This document shows, one piece after another, positions 9,469-19,733 of a stretch of DNA of 64,000 bases. The position numbers and the translations under genes are program-made. Where the stretch lies: the sequence record PQ471515.1, one strand, 5' to 3'. Within the stretch, counting starts at the first letter, position 1. The number at the start of each line of letters is the position of its first letter. Below the pieces are notes generated by a model that saw only the letters and a list, made by a program, of their open reading frames with translations, did no database searches and was not told the DNA's origin.

Positions 9469-9494
9469 TACTATCTAGCCTAGCACAAGGAGAA

Positions 9495-9752
9495 GTGATG
9501 GCTAAACCTAAGTATAAAAATGACGGTTCCCTTTCTCCGACAGAATTCAGGAAAATACAAGAAGAAATCGATGAATTACAGCACAAACGCTCTAAGAAAG
9601 GTGTGAAGATTAGTAAGAAACGAATCGAGAATACTTTCGGGTGTAGTAGTACTGAATACAAGAAGAAAAGGAAACCAAAAGGTGTTAAGCCGAGAATACA
9701 TGATGTAACTCGCTATACATCGAAACGTGAAAATAAATTCGACCCACTATAA
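9495..9752 (+). CDS. Small Lys/Arg-rich protein
   Basis: AAGGAG upstream; highly basic sequence. Confidence 0.6.
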   Translation: MMAKPKYKNDGSLSPTEFRKIQEEIDELQHKRSKKGVKISKKRIENTFGCSSTEYKKKRKPKGVKPRIHDVTRYTSKRENKFDPL

Positions 9753-9761
9753 GGAGTTCAT

Positions 9762-9998
9762 ATGAAAGTTGAAGTTCAGCATAGTATTGTTCAGGATATG
9801 TCAGTAGTTAAATTTCTTTCCTTGAAAGATTATTTCAGATGTATCAAGTTCCTAGAAGAATCTCAATTACAGTGGACCCCATTAAAGTACAGTTCATCCA
9901 ATGATACTGCTAGTATTCGTTGTGATGAATCTGTACTTGTGAAAATCTCCAAGCGATTTGGGATTGGGAAATACAATGATAAACAATGCACAAAGTAA
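9762..9998 (+). CDS. Small hypothetical protein
   Basis: AAGGAG upstream. Confidence 0.65.
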   Translation: MKVEVQHSIVQDMSVVKFLSLKDYFRCIKFLEESQLQWTPLKYSSSNDTASIRCDESVLVKISKRFGIGKYNDKQCTK

Positions 9999-10287
9999 TT
10001 TACTATATATAAAGTCAGTAGAAGCTGAAATTAAAAATTCAGTACAAACTATCGTCGATGAAATGATTGACAAATACAAGAGCAATCTTATTGGAAAGAA
10101 AGTCAGATGTTGGGATTACACATTCAAACACTGGTACGATTCCGAGATTGTGAAAGTTGATGTGAATATTGATAGTAATGGTCTAATTAATGGTATTGCG
10201 TATATTGGTGTTTTAATACGCAAGGGAACACCACAGGAATGGCTCACCTATCATAATATAGAGCATGTTAAATTTTTAGAGGATTAA
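9976..10287 (+). CDS. Small hypothetical protein
   Basis: ORF track 9958..10287; ATG 9976. Confidence 0.65.
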   Translation: MINNAQSNLLYIKSVEAEIKNSVQTIVDEMIDKYKSNLIGKKVRCWDYTFKHWYDSEIVKVDVNIDSNGLINGIAYIGVLIRKGTPQEWLTYHNIEHVKFLED

Positions 10288-10290
10288 AGG

Positions 10291-11223
10291 ATGCCAACTA
10301 TCACACTAACAGTTGGATTGCCTGGGTGTGGTAAAACTACATGGGCAGTGCAAGAGATTAAAAAAGCCAAATCCAAGACTATCAACATCAACCGTGATGA
10401 TATTCGTGAATCTATGGCTGGGTCACATGATGCTTACAAATTCAACGATGCTAATGAGCAGTACGTAACTAATTTACAGTTCAGTGCAGCAAATTCAGCA
10501 GCAGAGAATGGTTGGAACATCATCATATCCGATACGAACCTTAAACAACATTTCCGTAATCTATGGAAAGTATGGGCTATAGATAATGGTTATGATTACA
10601 AAGAAAAGAACTTCTATGATGATTTTGTACCTAATGAAGACCGTGGTGCAGATGTTCATGAATTCTTTAAGATTAAAGAGTTCGTAAAACTTTGTAAGAA
10701 ATATAACCTCCAGCGTGAGCGTTCAGTACAAGATAATATCATTGACACTATGGCAGATACGTACTATTATAGTAAGGCATTACACATTGGTTACTATGGT
10801 AATTCACGAGAAGCTGCTATTATCGTTGATATCGACGGTACTCTTGCTCATAAATGGGGACGTAACCCGTTCGATGAAAGTACTGTACTCCAGGATACAC
10901 CAGACGAAGAAGTTATTTTGTCTATTATCGCAGAAGCAGTTTTTCATAAACGCAAGATTATCGTCATGAGTGGGCGTACTGAAGGGTGTCGTGCTGATAC
11001 CGAACAGTGGCTTAAGAATTGGGGTATTCCTTACGATGCATTGTTTATGCGAGACATTGATGATAAACGTCCTGATGATGTTGTCAAATTCGACCTGTAC
11101 ATGAAAAATGTGGTTGATCATTACGATGTTAAAAAGGTATATGATGACCGCAATCAAGTTGTGTTCATGTGGCGTAAGCTACTTGGGTTGAAAGTTTTCC
11201 AAGTGGCTGAAGGAAATTTCTAA
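10291..11223 (+). CDS. pseT: Polynucleotide 5'-kinase/3'-phosphatase (T4 PseT-like)
   Basis: P-loop GLPGCGKTT, INRDDIR, HAD motif DIDGT and YDDR. Confidence 0.93.
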   Translation: MPTITLTVGLPGCGKTTWAVQEIKKAKSKTININRDDIRESMAGSHDAYKFNDANEQYVTNLQFSAANSAAENGWNIIISDTNLKQHFRNLWKVWAIDNGYDYKEKNFYDDFVPNEDRGADVHEFFKIKEFVKLCKKYNLQRERSVQDNIIDTMADTYYYSKALHIGYYGNSREAAIIVDIDGTLAHKWGRNPFDESTVLQDTPDEEVILSIIAEAVFHKRKIIVMSGRTEGCRADTEQWLKNWGIPYDALFMRDIDDKRPDDVVKFDLYMKNVVDHYDVKKVYDDRNQVVFMWRKLLGLKVFQVAEGNF

Positions 11224-11226
11224 TAC

Positions 11227-11260
11227 AAAAGGGATCATATATTGGTCCCTTTTTCTTTTA
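11227..11260 (+). terminator. Rho-independent terminator
   Basis: AAAAGGGATCA/TGGTCCCTTTT followed by a T-rich tail. Confidence 0.85.
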
Positions 11261-11448
11261 AGGTACATTATAGTGAATGTAACAACACAGATGTTATTAC
11301 GAAAAGACTACTTAGAAAATATAGAACGATACTATAGATTGTCTTTGTATGAAAATAAGCATAAAAATTATAGTTTTGATAAACTACTAAATTCCAGTAC
11401 TGAAGATTATCTATTTTCATCAATGTTTTATGTGAGAGGATTATTGTA

Positions 11449-11709
11449 ATGGATAAATTTCACACAGATATATCACAGATAGGTAATCTTATCAATAGTC
11501 TAATTACTGATTTAGAAGAAAAGTACTTAGGACGAAATGTATACTTAGAAATGTATGAAACATATGGTGTTATTGATATGATTTATTACAGTGCATTAAA
11601 GTGTGAAATACGTTTAACTGTATGTTTATATGAAAAAGGTACATTTAAAAGAAGTACTGCAATTCGCCAAGTTGGAGTTGATGACATAGAATTATACGAG
11701 GAACAATGA
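11449..11709 (+). CDS. Small hypothetical protein (array)
   Basis: GAGAGG upstream; N-terminal helix plus beta-rich C-terminus like its neighbours. Confidence 0.65.
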   Translation: MDKFHTDISQIGNLINSLITDLEEKYLGRNVYLEMYETYGVIDMIYYSALKCEIRLTVCLYEKGTFKRSTAIRQVGVDDIELYEEQ

Positions 11710-11960
11710 TGTTTGAGCAGGACTTAGAGCTATTCAAAAGTTATATCGAGTACTTAGTTACATTAGAAAAAGAGCTAACTACAAAGTACAAAGGTATTCG
11801 TGTTCTGTGCTGGTATGATGATTCGGATTATAAACGTGAACTAACAATCGACCGAATCTATTTCATCGACGGTGTATTGAATGTGCATGGTGTAAATGAT
11901 TTTGGACATTCATATACTTATTCGAATAATGCTAAATTCAAGAGGATCGACCATGAATGA
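11706..11960 (+). CDS. Small hypothetical protein (array)
   Basis: ATGA overlap with the upstream gene. Confidence 0.65.
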   Translation: MMFEQDLELFKSYIEYLVTLEKELTTKYKGIRVLCWYDDSDYKRELTIDRIYFIDGVLNVHGVNDFGHSYTYSNNAKFKRIDHE

Positions 11961-12255
11961 GTACTATCAAAATTTATTCAATTACATAAAACAAATAGAT
12001 GATCTTGCTTTCGATTTTCTTAGTAATGATAAAGTTGGTGAGCCTTTATATTATGATTGTATTGGAACACTTTGTTCAGATGAAAAGAATATATTAGAAA
12101 ATAAATTACCGTCATCACAGTGCTTAATCAATGGTTCCAAAGCAGTAATAACTGATGTTAATTTTTATAAATCTCTTAATACTATTTGTTATGTATTCAA
12201 TAACACTGTGTTTAAACATGTAACAAGTAATATTAAATCTGTGAGGTTCTTATGA
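11953..12255 (+). CDS. Small hypothetical protein (array)
   Basis: ORF track 11896..12255; ATG 11953. Confidence 0.65.
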   Translation: MNEYYQNLFNYIKQIDDLAFDFLSNDKVGEPLYYDCIGTLCSDEKNILENKLPSSQCLINGSKAVITDVNFYKSLNTICYVFNNTVFKHVTSNIKSVRFL

Positions 12256-12548
12256 ATTTAAAACTTTTGTTAGAACAGGTACATTTATTGTATAGCTGTG
12301 CTGATGGTTCTGATAAGGAGTATAGTGAAGTTTATTTAGAACTGTTTAGAACGGAAATACACATAATTAGAAGATACTTAATTGATAATAAAACTGAAGT
12401 AAAAGTTAGATACCATAATGGTACTTTAAAGAATGGTATAATTATTGGATTGATAGTTACACGAATGTCTAGTAATATTAAAGTTGCAGTTAGATTAATG
12501 ACTGATGATGGTGTCTACACCATAGAAGTAAGTGAGATTATATATTAA
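12252..12548 (+). CDS. Small hypothetical protein (array)
   Basis: ATGA overlap with the upstream gene. Confidence 0.65.
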   Translation: MNLKLLLEQVHLLYSCADGSDKEYSEVYLELFRTEIHIIRRYLIDNKTEVKVRYHNGTLKNGIIIGLIVTRMSSNIKVAVRLMTDDGVYTIEVSEIIY

Positions 12549-12854
12549 ATGGATATACAAACATTCAATAAACTAAAGTACTATGACAATGGTTTTGCTA
12601 TTATCATTGATGAACTAGATGGAATACCATATGAGTATCATAATGATGTAATGAAGATAGTAAAAAGTATTTGTAATGATTTAAAAACTATTTTCGAAAA
12701 TGAATATGTATACGACTTAGGTACAAACAATAAGAAACTATACATAAAGAAATTCTGTGGAACGCATTGTGGTCTGATGGTTGATTTAGGTTTAAGTGCT
12801 GACAACAATTTCGAAGCATGTAGTTTATATCTGGATGAAATTCGAATCTCATGA
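12549..12854 (+). CDS. Small hypothetical protein (array)
   Basis: Abuts the upstream stop. Confidence 0.65.
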   Translation: MDIQTFNKLKYYDNGFAIIIDELDGIPYEYHNDVMKIVKSICNDLKTIFENEYVYDLGTNNKKLYIKKFCGTHCGLMVDLGLSADNNFEACSLYLDEIRIS

Positions 12855-12880
12855 GACATATCTTGATTCGGTGATATAAT
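12853..12880 (+). promoter_or_regulatory. Promoter GAGACA-N16-TATAAT with TG extended -10
   Basis: Same architecture as 5933, 20510, 24037, 29426 and 49705. Confidence 0.7.
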
Positions 12881-12911
12881 TTCATTACAACACTGACATG
12901 GAGTAGTTGTT

Positions 12912-13241
12912 GTGAATAACGATTTTTTAAAAATGTGGGAAAAAACAATAGTAATTCTATCTAGTTCATTAATGCACATTTTCAGTACTGATAATTCTTA
13001 TAGTTCACATACATTTGATTTAATATGTAATAACTATGTAAATGGTATATCAGATGAAATATGTCCATTCATTGCGTATTCACCGGATGGTATTGAAGAA
13101 TTTAATATATGCAACATCAGTTGTGGTTTTGGTGATTGGCTTGTGTTAAATGATCGAGGTGGAATCTGTTTATACATCGAAGATATTGGTAAATTTATAT
13201 ACAAAGGAGTAGAATATGTTAACAATCGCAGCAGTTATTAG
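12912..13241 (+). CDS. Small hypothetical protein
   Basis: GGAG upstream of a GTG start. Confidence 0.65.
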   Translation: MNNDFLKMWEKTIVILSSSLMHIFSTDNSYSSHTFDLICNNYVNGISDEICPFIAYSPDGIEEFNICNISCGFGDWLVLNDRGGICLYIEDIGKFIYKGVEYVNNRSSY

Positions 13242-13812
13242 TGTACTTGGTGTAGTTATTGCAGGTATGCTTGCATACAATTACAATCGTAGTGTTATCG
13301 GCTATGTACTACTTAGTCTAGTACTAACCCCAGTACTCACCATCGTTACTTTATTAGTTCTAGGTGAACGTAATATCAACTTCATGATTAATGATAAACG
13401 TGATCAGGTTACACCAGAACCTGAAAAAGTTATTCCTGAAGAACAAGAAGAACTTAAAGTTGAAGTTCAAATGCAAGTGAATGTTCACAATACACTTGAT
13501 GAAACTGATCCAAAAGTTAATGTTACTGTTGTTCCTGTCGTCAATGAAGTAAAGCCTAAAGCAGCACCGAAAAGTACTAAAGCACCAAAGAGCACCAAGA
13601 CTACAAAGAAAGCTCGCTATACTAAAGGGAAGAATAAAAACAAAGTCCAAGATGAACCACAACAAGGTACACACGACCATACTTCCCATATTATTACAGC
13701 AGCCACCACCGCAGCAATCGTAACGCCATATATCTCTTCTGCTGATACTGGTTCATATGATAGCTCTAGCTGTGATTCAAGCTCTAGTTCAAGTTCCGGT
13801 AGCTGTGATTAA
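13216..13812 (+). CDS. Membrane protein with a low-complexity Ser-rich tail
   Basis: Two N-terminal hydrophobic segments; SSSCDSSSSSSSGSCD end. Confidence 0.75.
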   Translation: MLTIAAVISVLGVVIAGMLAYNYNRSVIGYVLLSLVLTPVLTIVTLLVLGERNINFMINDKRDQVTPEPEKVIPEEQEELKVEVQMQVNVHNTLDETDPKVNVTVVPVVNEVKPKAAPKSTKAPKSTKTTKKARYTKGKNKNKVQDEPQQGTHDHTSHIITAATTAAIVTPYISSADTGSYDSSSCDSSSSSSSGSCD

Positions 13813-13814
13813 CA

Positions 13815-14147
13815 ATGAAACATCTTGCACAATATAATCAGTACTTGATTGCGTTGCATCAAATGAAAGATGATTTCTATAAAAGTGCAGAAACAGAACT
13901 CGTCGGTAAGATAGTAAAATTTACTGACGAGTACATCAACCGATATGCGGAAATGGACGATGATCCAGAGTATGAATCATACTACCAGTACATAAATTCC
14001 AATACAAGAATGAGAATTATTGAAATTCTAAAATACGGTATACGTTTAATTGCACAAGTAGAATACATCAATCACGATGCAATTGATGCCGCTGCCTTTG
14101 GTGATGAAATAAGTTTAGAATATCTTATTCAAGTTGATGAGGAATAA
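13815..14147 (+). CDS. Small hypothetical protein
   Basis: Packed ORF. Confidence 0.65.
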   Translation: MKHLAQYNQYLIALHQMKDDFYKSAETELVGKIVKFTDEYINRYAEMDDDPEYESYYQYINSNTRMRIIEILKYGIRLIAQVEYINHDAIDAAAFGDEISLEYLIQVDEE

Positions 14148-14149
14148 TA

Positions 14150-14365
14150 ATGACTACCTTTTTTGCAATATATGGATTTGTTGCGTTTTGCTCATTTATA
14201 TGTAACTTTCTAGTACTGAATTGGAAATGTTTCAAAGATGAAATCATAACTGCAATGAGTCTACAATCAGCAGCACTAATGGCTATAATTTGGCCTGTAA
14301 CTATGGTGTATCTTTTTATCTCAATAACAAAAGATATCATATCCCACTTCAAGAGAAAGAAATAA
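14150..14365 (+). CDS. Small membrane protein
   Basis: Two hydrophobic segments; GAGG upstream. Confidence 0.65.
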   Translation: MTTFFAIYGFVAFCSFICNFLVLNWKCFKDEIITAMSLQSAALMAIIWPVTMVYLFISITKDIISHFKRKK

Positions 14366-14616
14366 TGTTCAACACCGACTATTCACATTTGCGATATCTT
14401 ATGTCTTTGGCTGATGATTTTATTAATGATTTGAAGCCGAAGTATATTGGACAAGAAGTACGTTTGATAAACTCAAGGGGTTATGGGAAGTACATTATCG
14501 CTGATATGTATATTAGCGGTGGTGAATGGCGTTTCAAAGTTAATACGTATCTTAAAGATGGTTCTTTTGCAGGTACACAAGTTACAAAACACACTAACAT
14601 TATATGGTTGAAATAA
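14365..14616 (+). CDS. Small hypothetical protein
   Basis: ORF track 14290..14616; ATG 14365. Confidence 0.65.
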   Translation: MFNTDYSHLRYLMSLADDFINDLKPKYIGQEVRLINSRGYGKYIIADMYISGGEWRFKVNTYLKDGSFAGTQVTKHTNIIWLK

Positions 14617-14618
14617 TA

Positions 14619-15362
14619 ATGAAACATTTTTTGGAAGTTACAGTACCGGATGATAAAGATTTATATATCGTTGGTGATTTACACGGCAATGGAAAACTGT
14701 GGGATGCTACCAAGAAAGAATTTGGTATCACCAATAATGACTATGTTTTTTGTGTAGGTGATGTTATTGACCGTGGTGACCAGAATTCCAAACTACTATT
14801 TGAATTCCTTTTCGGTGAAAACCGTTTTATGATTGCTGGGAACCACGAGATGATGTGTGTGGACTCCGAAACAATGAGGGATTGGTATCATTGCTGGCAA
14901 AGTAATGGTGGTGATAAATTTCTTGATGAAGTTGGTGAGACAGGTATACAGTTCTTCCGTCAGTACTTAAAGGATCTCCCTATGATTATCCAAATCAATC
15001 ACCGAGGATTGAAGATTGGACTGGTTCATGCTGGTGTTCCTTTGGAATATACCACATGGGAACGTTTCGTTAGTGGGACAAAATCACTTAGTGCTGATAT
15101 AATTGAGAAGTGCTTGTGGGACCGTGATACATTCGACTACTGCAAGAAAAATAACACATATTACGTCCCTAGACTTGATGGCATCCATTGCGTCTTTAGT
15201 GGTCATACCGCAGTATCCGACCCACTCATCTACGGTAATCGTATCTGGATTGATAGTCAGTTCTTAACTGGTGATTTGACTCTTGCAACTCCCCAAAGTG
15301 GCGGGATGAGATACTTACGTAAAGAAAAAGATGAGTGCTCATTTAACCGCTTCAAAAGGTAA
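14619..15362 (+). CDS. Ser/Thr protein phosphatase-type metallophosphoesterase (NinI/PphA-like)
   Basis: GDLHG, GDVIDRG, GNHE, HAG and GHT motifs. Confidence 0.9.
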   Translation: MKHFLEVTVPDDKDLYIVGDLHGNGKLWDATKKEFGITNNDYVFCVGDVIDRGDQNSKLLFEFLFGENRFMIAGNHEMMCVDSETMRDWYHCWQSNGGDKFLDEVGETGIQFFRQYLKDLPMIIQINHRGLKIGLVHAGVPLEYTTWERFVSGTKSLSADIIEKCLWDRDTFDYCKKNNTYYVPRLDGIHCVFSGHTAVSDPLIYGNRIWIDSQFLTGDLTLATPQSGGMRYLRKEKDECSFNRFKR

Positions 15363-15366
15363 TAAT

Positions 15367-15636
15367 ATGCATGATGTAGTTAAAAAATACTTAAATGATA
15401 GATATGTTGTGAAAAAATCTATTAATTCTATCCTAAAAGACCATGCTAATCAAATACGTGAGATTCTATCAAAGAAACTTATTGGTTGCTCAGTTGAATT
15501 CAACTACAAAAAGAATGTGGTGAAGAGTGGAGTTATTAGTCGTGTAGTTGCTGTTTATGACCAAAATGTATATGTTGAAATTGAATATGATGGTAAATTA
15601 TTACAATTAAGTACTGAAGATTTAACATTTTTATAA
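15367..15636 (+). CDS. Small hypothetical protein
   Basis: ORF track 15331..15636; ATG 15367. Confidence 0.65.
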   Translation: MHDVVKKYLNDRYVVKKSINSILKDHANQIREILSKKLIGCSVEFNYKKNVVKSGVISRVVAVYDQNVYVEIEYDGKLLQLSTEDLTFL

Positions 15637-15646
15637 GGAAATAGAA

Positions 15647-15874
15647 ATGAAAGTAATTCAAGTTATGGTAGAAAAATACCAAACTGAAGATGGTCGTATT
15701 TTTGATTCAGCAAAACAAGCTGAACACCATGAACGTATTATTTCTGGAGCACGTAAAGTGTGCCCTACATGTAATGGTACACAACAAGTTCCATCTGAAG
15801 ACTATCGCAGTTATTATGCTTGTCCACATTGTGATGGTAAAGGGTTTGTAGAAAAACAAGAGGTATGGAAATGA
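15647..15874 (+). CDS. Small protein with a DnaJ-type Zn finger
   Basis: CPTCNGT ... CPHCDGKG. Confidence 0.75.
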   Translation: MKVIQVMVEKYQTEDGRIFDSAKQAEHHERIISGARKVCPTCNGTQQVPSEDYRSYYACPHCDGKGFVEKQEVWK

Positions 15875-16284
15875 AATTATATTGCTTAACAAACATGTAC
15901 TGTCAAGGTGTCCAAGCTGGCATTCAAGCATTTCATGCTGGCATAAAACTAATTAAAGAATATGAAGGTACTGCTTTCAGTACTATTATTGATGAATGGT
16001 ATTATGACCACGAAACTATTGTAGTACTAAATGCTGGTGGTCATGATAAGTTAAATTCTTATTATGATGACCTTTGTAAGCAGGGAAAAGTGCCATTCGC
16101 TAAATTCAATGAAGCCGGATTAAATGATGCAACTACATGTGTAGCAGTACTATGTACATCTGAAATGGTTGAAGACATGTCTGTTATGCGTATGAATCTT
16201 CCTGCTGGGGATCAACTAATGCAAGTAAAATATGGTGCATTGTTTAACACATTAAAAGCAATTAGCACAATGAGGACTGTTTGA
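15871..16284 (+). CDS. Peptidyl-tRNA hydrolase 2 (PTH2)-like protein
   Basis: AGIQAFHA, EW...TIVVL and FNEAGLNDATTCVAV resemble the PTH2 fold pattern. Confidence 0.55.
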   Translation: MKLYCLTNMYCQGVQAGIQAFHAGIKLIKEYEGTAFSTIIDEWYYDHETIVVLNAGGHDKLNSYYDDLCKQGKVPFAKFNEAGLNDATTCVAVLCTSEMVEDMSVMRMNLPAGDQLMQVKYGALFNTLKAISTMRTV

Positions 16285-17483
16285 TGGATTTTCCAGAGAA
16301 GTTATTTGTGGCTCGTTCATATGTAAATCATAACCAAGTTACTGGTTACATTATAGATGCCACAAAATCACACACAAAAGCGTTTGAGACTAAAAAAGAA
16401 AAGGCCGAGTACTGGGCTAAGAAAAACAATCTACCTTCACTATGGATTGATAATGTGCCTACAATTGGGTTTTCTGTGGTACATAAGCTCACTGTTCATG
16501 CTCGCGAAACATACTTCACCATACGTCACCCTGAAGGTTTCGAGTTCTTGGTGAGTGCTAAAAACATGAACGACCTTATCATCAACAATGATATTGTTAA
16601 GGGTGTATTTGTTGAACCTATGTTCTTTAATAATAGTTTAGAACTAATTAACGGTAAAACTAAAACCTTTGCTAAATTGGTTGAGAAGGAGAATAAGAAA
16701 GAACATCAAAAAGAAGTTGTTTCTAAATTGAAAGTGGGTGATGGTTTTAGACACAATAAGGAAGATTACTATTATTGTGGTAAAGTAAATGCTATTTGTA
16801 TCAAGAAAACTAAAGAGTTTTCATTTTCTGATAAAAGTTCCAAGTATCACTTAGTATATAATACTACTCGTGGGACATATGCTCTTAATGCTCGTCTTGA
16901 AACTTATGCGTTAGAACCAAGTGCTGCACTGAATGTAAAAACTACAGTTCAAGATGAAATTGTTAAAGCTAATGCATTTTGGCAAAATATCCAACGAAAT
17001 CGCAGTAACCCATTATGTGAAAGCAATATTCCAGTACTGATAAGTGATAAGTCGTTTAAAGCACAAGATTTGAAAGTAAAGTACGAAGAAATCAATCCTG
17101 ATGATATAATGAGTAATGGACGATTCAACGAGAACGTACCGTTCATGTCTAAAGTTGGTGACCAAGCATATCGTGTGTTCTTTGGTGTAAAGAACAATAC
17201 AACCAGAAGTTATTATGGTCGTAATGGTGATTATATTCTTCAATACACTGATGTATTTGAACGATACAGTGCGTATCCAGTTGAAATTGATGCTAATGGT
17301 ATTATGACAATGGATGTGGATTTAAACGAACATGTATCATTTGGTACATGGAACGGATACCGTTCTCCTTTCTTCCCACCGACTGAAAATAAAACATCAT
17401 CAACTCGTTACTACCAAGAAAAACCTTGTCACGTCCAGCTATCACTAAGTAATAAACTTTACATTGGAAAGTATTATCTATAA
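16284..17483 (+). CDS. Hypothetical protein (~400 aa)
   Basis: Long ORF with phage-typical codons; no motif recognised. Confidence 0.8.
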   Translation: MDFPEKLFVARSYVNHNQVTGYIIDATKSHTKAFETKKEKAEYWAKKNNLPSLWIDNVPTIGFSVVHKLTVHARETYFTIRHPEGFEFLVSAKNMNDLIINNDIVKGVFVEPMFFNNSLELINGKTKTFAKLVEKENKKEHQKEVVSKLKVGDGFRHNKEDYYYCGKVNAICIKKTKEFSFSDKSSKYHLVYNTTRGTYALNARLETYALEPSAALNVKTTVQDEIVKANAFWQNIQRNRSNPLCESNIPVLISDKSFKAQDLKVKYEEINPDDIMSNGRFNENVPFMSKVGDQAYRVFFGVKNNTTRSYYGRNGDYILQYTDVFERYSAYPVEIDANGIMTMDVDLNEHVSFGTWNGYRSPFFPPTENKTSSTRYYQEKPCHVQLSLSNKLYIGKYYL

Positions 17484-17494
17484 GGGAATATACA

Positions 17495-18913
17495 ATGAGC
17501 ATTTTAGCAATTCTTGAAAGCATTAAAAATACTAGCAGTACTCTGGGTAAAAAAGCTATCCTTGAACAAAACAAAGATAACCAAACATTACAAAAAGTAC
17601 TGAAATATACACTAGACCCTTCAATTGTAAGTGGATATAAAAAGCTACCACAAGCTGATGATGTATACCAACATATGACATTAGATGAAGCTATTGATAA
17701 GCTAGAATGCATTTACAAACGTGGTGTGACCGGAAATGCTGGACGTGACTTCATTGCTTCAGTACTGGGTTCAGTATCAGAAGATGACCAAGAAGTTCTT
17801 CGTAAAATGCTCACGAAGAACCTTGATTGTGGTATCCAAGAAAAGAACTGCAATGATGTGTTCGGGAAAGGTTTTATCAAAGACGAACCATACATGCGTT
17901 GTTCTTTGATTGACAAAAAGACTGCAAAGAACATTAACTTCAAAGATTATGGTTATGCTATATCAGAAGTGAAAATGGATGGTCAGTACTTGAACCACGT
18001 TGTCATTAATGGTTCATTAACTTCTACATCCCGTAATGGTAAACTATACGACTTCCTGGGTTGTCGTGATGGTGAAATGGCAGGTCTTGCTCACATCATC
18101 CAAAGTAAAGATGAACGTTTTAGTAGTGGTGTAGTCTTTATGGGTGAAGGTGTAGTACTGGACAATGATGGAGAAACCATTCTCCCACGCACTACTGGTA
18201 ACGGTATTATCCAGAAAGCTGGTAAAGATAGCATCAGTCAGAATGAAGCAATGCGTACTGTATTCGTTCTATGGGATGTTGTTCCATATGATGCATTTTG
18301 TGAAGGTGTATGGGATGTAAAACGTAAAGAACGCCGTGAGATCTTAGTAGATGCAATTAACGAACTCGGTAGTGATTTTGTTCGTATGGTTGGATTCCGT
18401 AAAGTTCTAAACATCAAAGAAGCATTTGAGTACAATAGTGAACTAATGAACGAAGGTGAAGAGGGTTCAGTACTGAAATGTGAAGATGGTATCTGGAAAT
18501 CTCACACTTCTCCTAAGCAATTGAAAATGAAACTCAAAATGCAACTGGACTTGCGTATTGTTGGTTTCAATGAAGGTGAAGGTAAGCGTAAAGGTAGCCT
18601 TGGTTCTTTACAACTGGAAAGTGCTTGTGGTACATTAAAAGTTAATGTAGGTACTGGAATTAAAGAGAAAGACGCAGAATGGACGTTTAAAACCATTTGG
18701 GAAAGAATGCAAGAACTCATCGGTCAAGTAGTAACAGTAGAGTGCAATGATATTGTATTCGATAAGCGTACTGGCGAGCCATCACTATTTTTACCAGTGT
18801 TTATTGAATTTAGATTTGACAAAAACACTTGTGACGACTATACTCGTATCTTAGAAATTCGTGATAGTGCGGTTGAGGTGTTCTCTAATAGTATTCTTGA
18901 ATCACTCGGTTAA
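17495..18913 (+). CDS. lig: ATP-dependent DNA ligase
   Basis: Motif I SEVKMDG, EGEEGSVLK, KMKLK and a C-terminal OB domain (GTG, SLFLPVF..FRFDK). Confidence 0.93.
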   Translation: MSILAILESIKNTSSTLGKKAILEQNKDNQTLQKVLKYTLDPSIVSGYKKLPQADDVYQHMTLDEAIDKLECIYKRGVTGNAGRDFIASVLGSVSEDDQEVLRKMLTKNLDCGIQEKNCNDVFGKGFIKDEPYMRCSLIDKKTAKNINFKDYGYAISEVKMDGQYLNHVVINGSLTSTSRNGKLYDFLGCRDGEMAGLAHIIQSKDERFSSGVVFMGEGVVLDNDGETILPRTTGNGIIQKAGKDSISQNEAMRTVFVLWDVVPYDAFCEGVWDVKRKERREILVDAINELGSDFVRMVGFRKVLNIKEAFEYNSELMNEGEEGSVLKCEDGIWKSHTSPKQLKMKLKMQLDLRIVGFNEGEGKRKGSLGSLQLESACGTLKVNVGTGIKEKDAEWTFKTIWERMQELIGQVVTVECNDIVFDKRTGEPSLFLPVFIEFRFDKNTCDDYTRILEIRDSAVEVFSNSILESLG

Positions 18914-18932
18914 TCATTTATAGGAGGTAATT

Positions 18933-19724
18933 ATGAAATTTGTTGTAACGTCAGACGTACACGGTGGCACTGATTACCTCCATAGTGGTGATTACAGTGA
19001 TACAGTGCTGATTATTGCAGGGGACTTTGATGAAGCTAAACGCAGTCGTTATCGTACTGGTATCGAATCCCTGTGCAAGCAGTTCAAGAATGTAGTACTG
19101 GTTCCTGGTAATCATGAGTACTACGGTTCAAACATTCACAAGACTAATAAAGTACTATCCGATATGCAAGATGAGATTCCAAATTTCATCTTTTTGCAAA
19201 ACAAATTTGTATGGCTGGATGGTGTACTGCTGGTTGGCAGTACACTGTGGACTGACTTTGATAAAGGCAACGCACTGGTTAAGTTTGATGCTCAACAAAA
19301 GATGAATGATTATAAACACATTCGTCATGGAACAACATCAGAACCGTGGAAACGTAAGCTCAAACCTGATGATGTTGAGTTCATGCATCATCAGGATAAA
19401 CAATTTATCAAAAATTCAGTTAACACAGTTCGTCTAATGAATGATAATGATTTCAAGGTTGTGGTGGTAACACATCATGCACCAAGTTATCAGAGTGTAT
19501 CTCCGAGATACAAGAATGACTCACTGAATGGATGTTATTGTTCTGATATGGACCAGTACATCGAAGATTTGGGTGCTGATGTTTGGATTCATGGTCACGT
19601 TCATAGTAGTTTTGACTACAACATTGGAAAAACTCGTATCATTTGTAACCCAAGAGGTTATGAATCTTACAGTGGTGCATGTGAGAACTTCGATTACGAT
19701 CCTAAATTTGTATTTGAAATCTAA
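18933..19724 (+). CDS. Calcineurin-like metallophosphoesterase
   Basis: SDVHG, AGD, PGNHE, VTHHAP, WIHGHVH and NPRGY. Confidence 0.9.
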   Translation: MKFVVTSDVHGGTDYLHSGDYSDTVLIIAGDFDEAKRSRYRTGIESLCKQFKNVVLVPGNHEYYGSNIHKTNKVLSDMQDEIPNFIFLQNKFVWLDGVLLVGSTLWTDFDKGNALVKFDAQQKMNDYKHIRHGTTSEPWKRKLKPDDVEFMHHQDKQFIKNSVNTVRLMNDNDFKVVVVTHHAPSYQSVSPRYKNDSLNGCYCSDMDQYIEDLGADVWIHGHVHSSFDYNIGKTRIICNPRGYESYSGACENFDYDPKFVFEI

Positions 19725-19733
19725 GGTGAGGTT

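Noticed and set aside
13690-13812. Ser-rich SSSCDSSSSSSSGSCD tail as a novel repeat
   Set aside because: It is a low-complexity tail of a type common in small phage and bacterial membrane proteins, with no DNA-level repeat unit.
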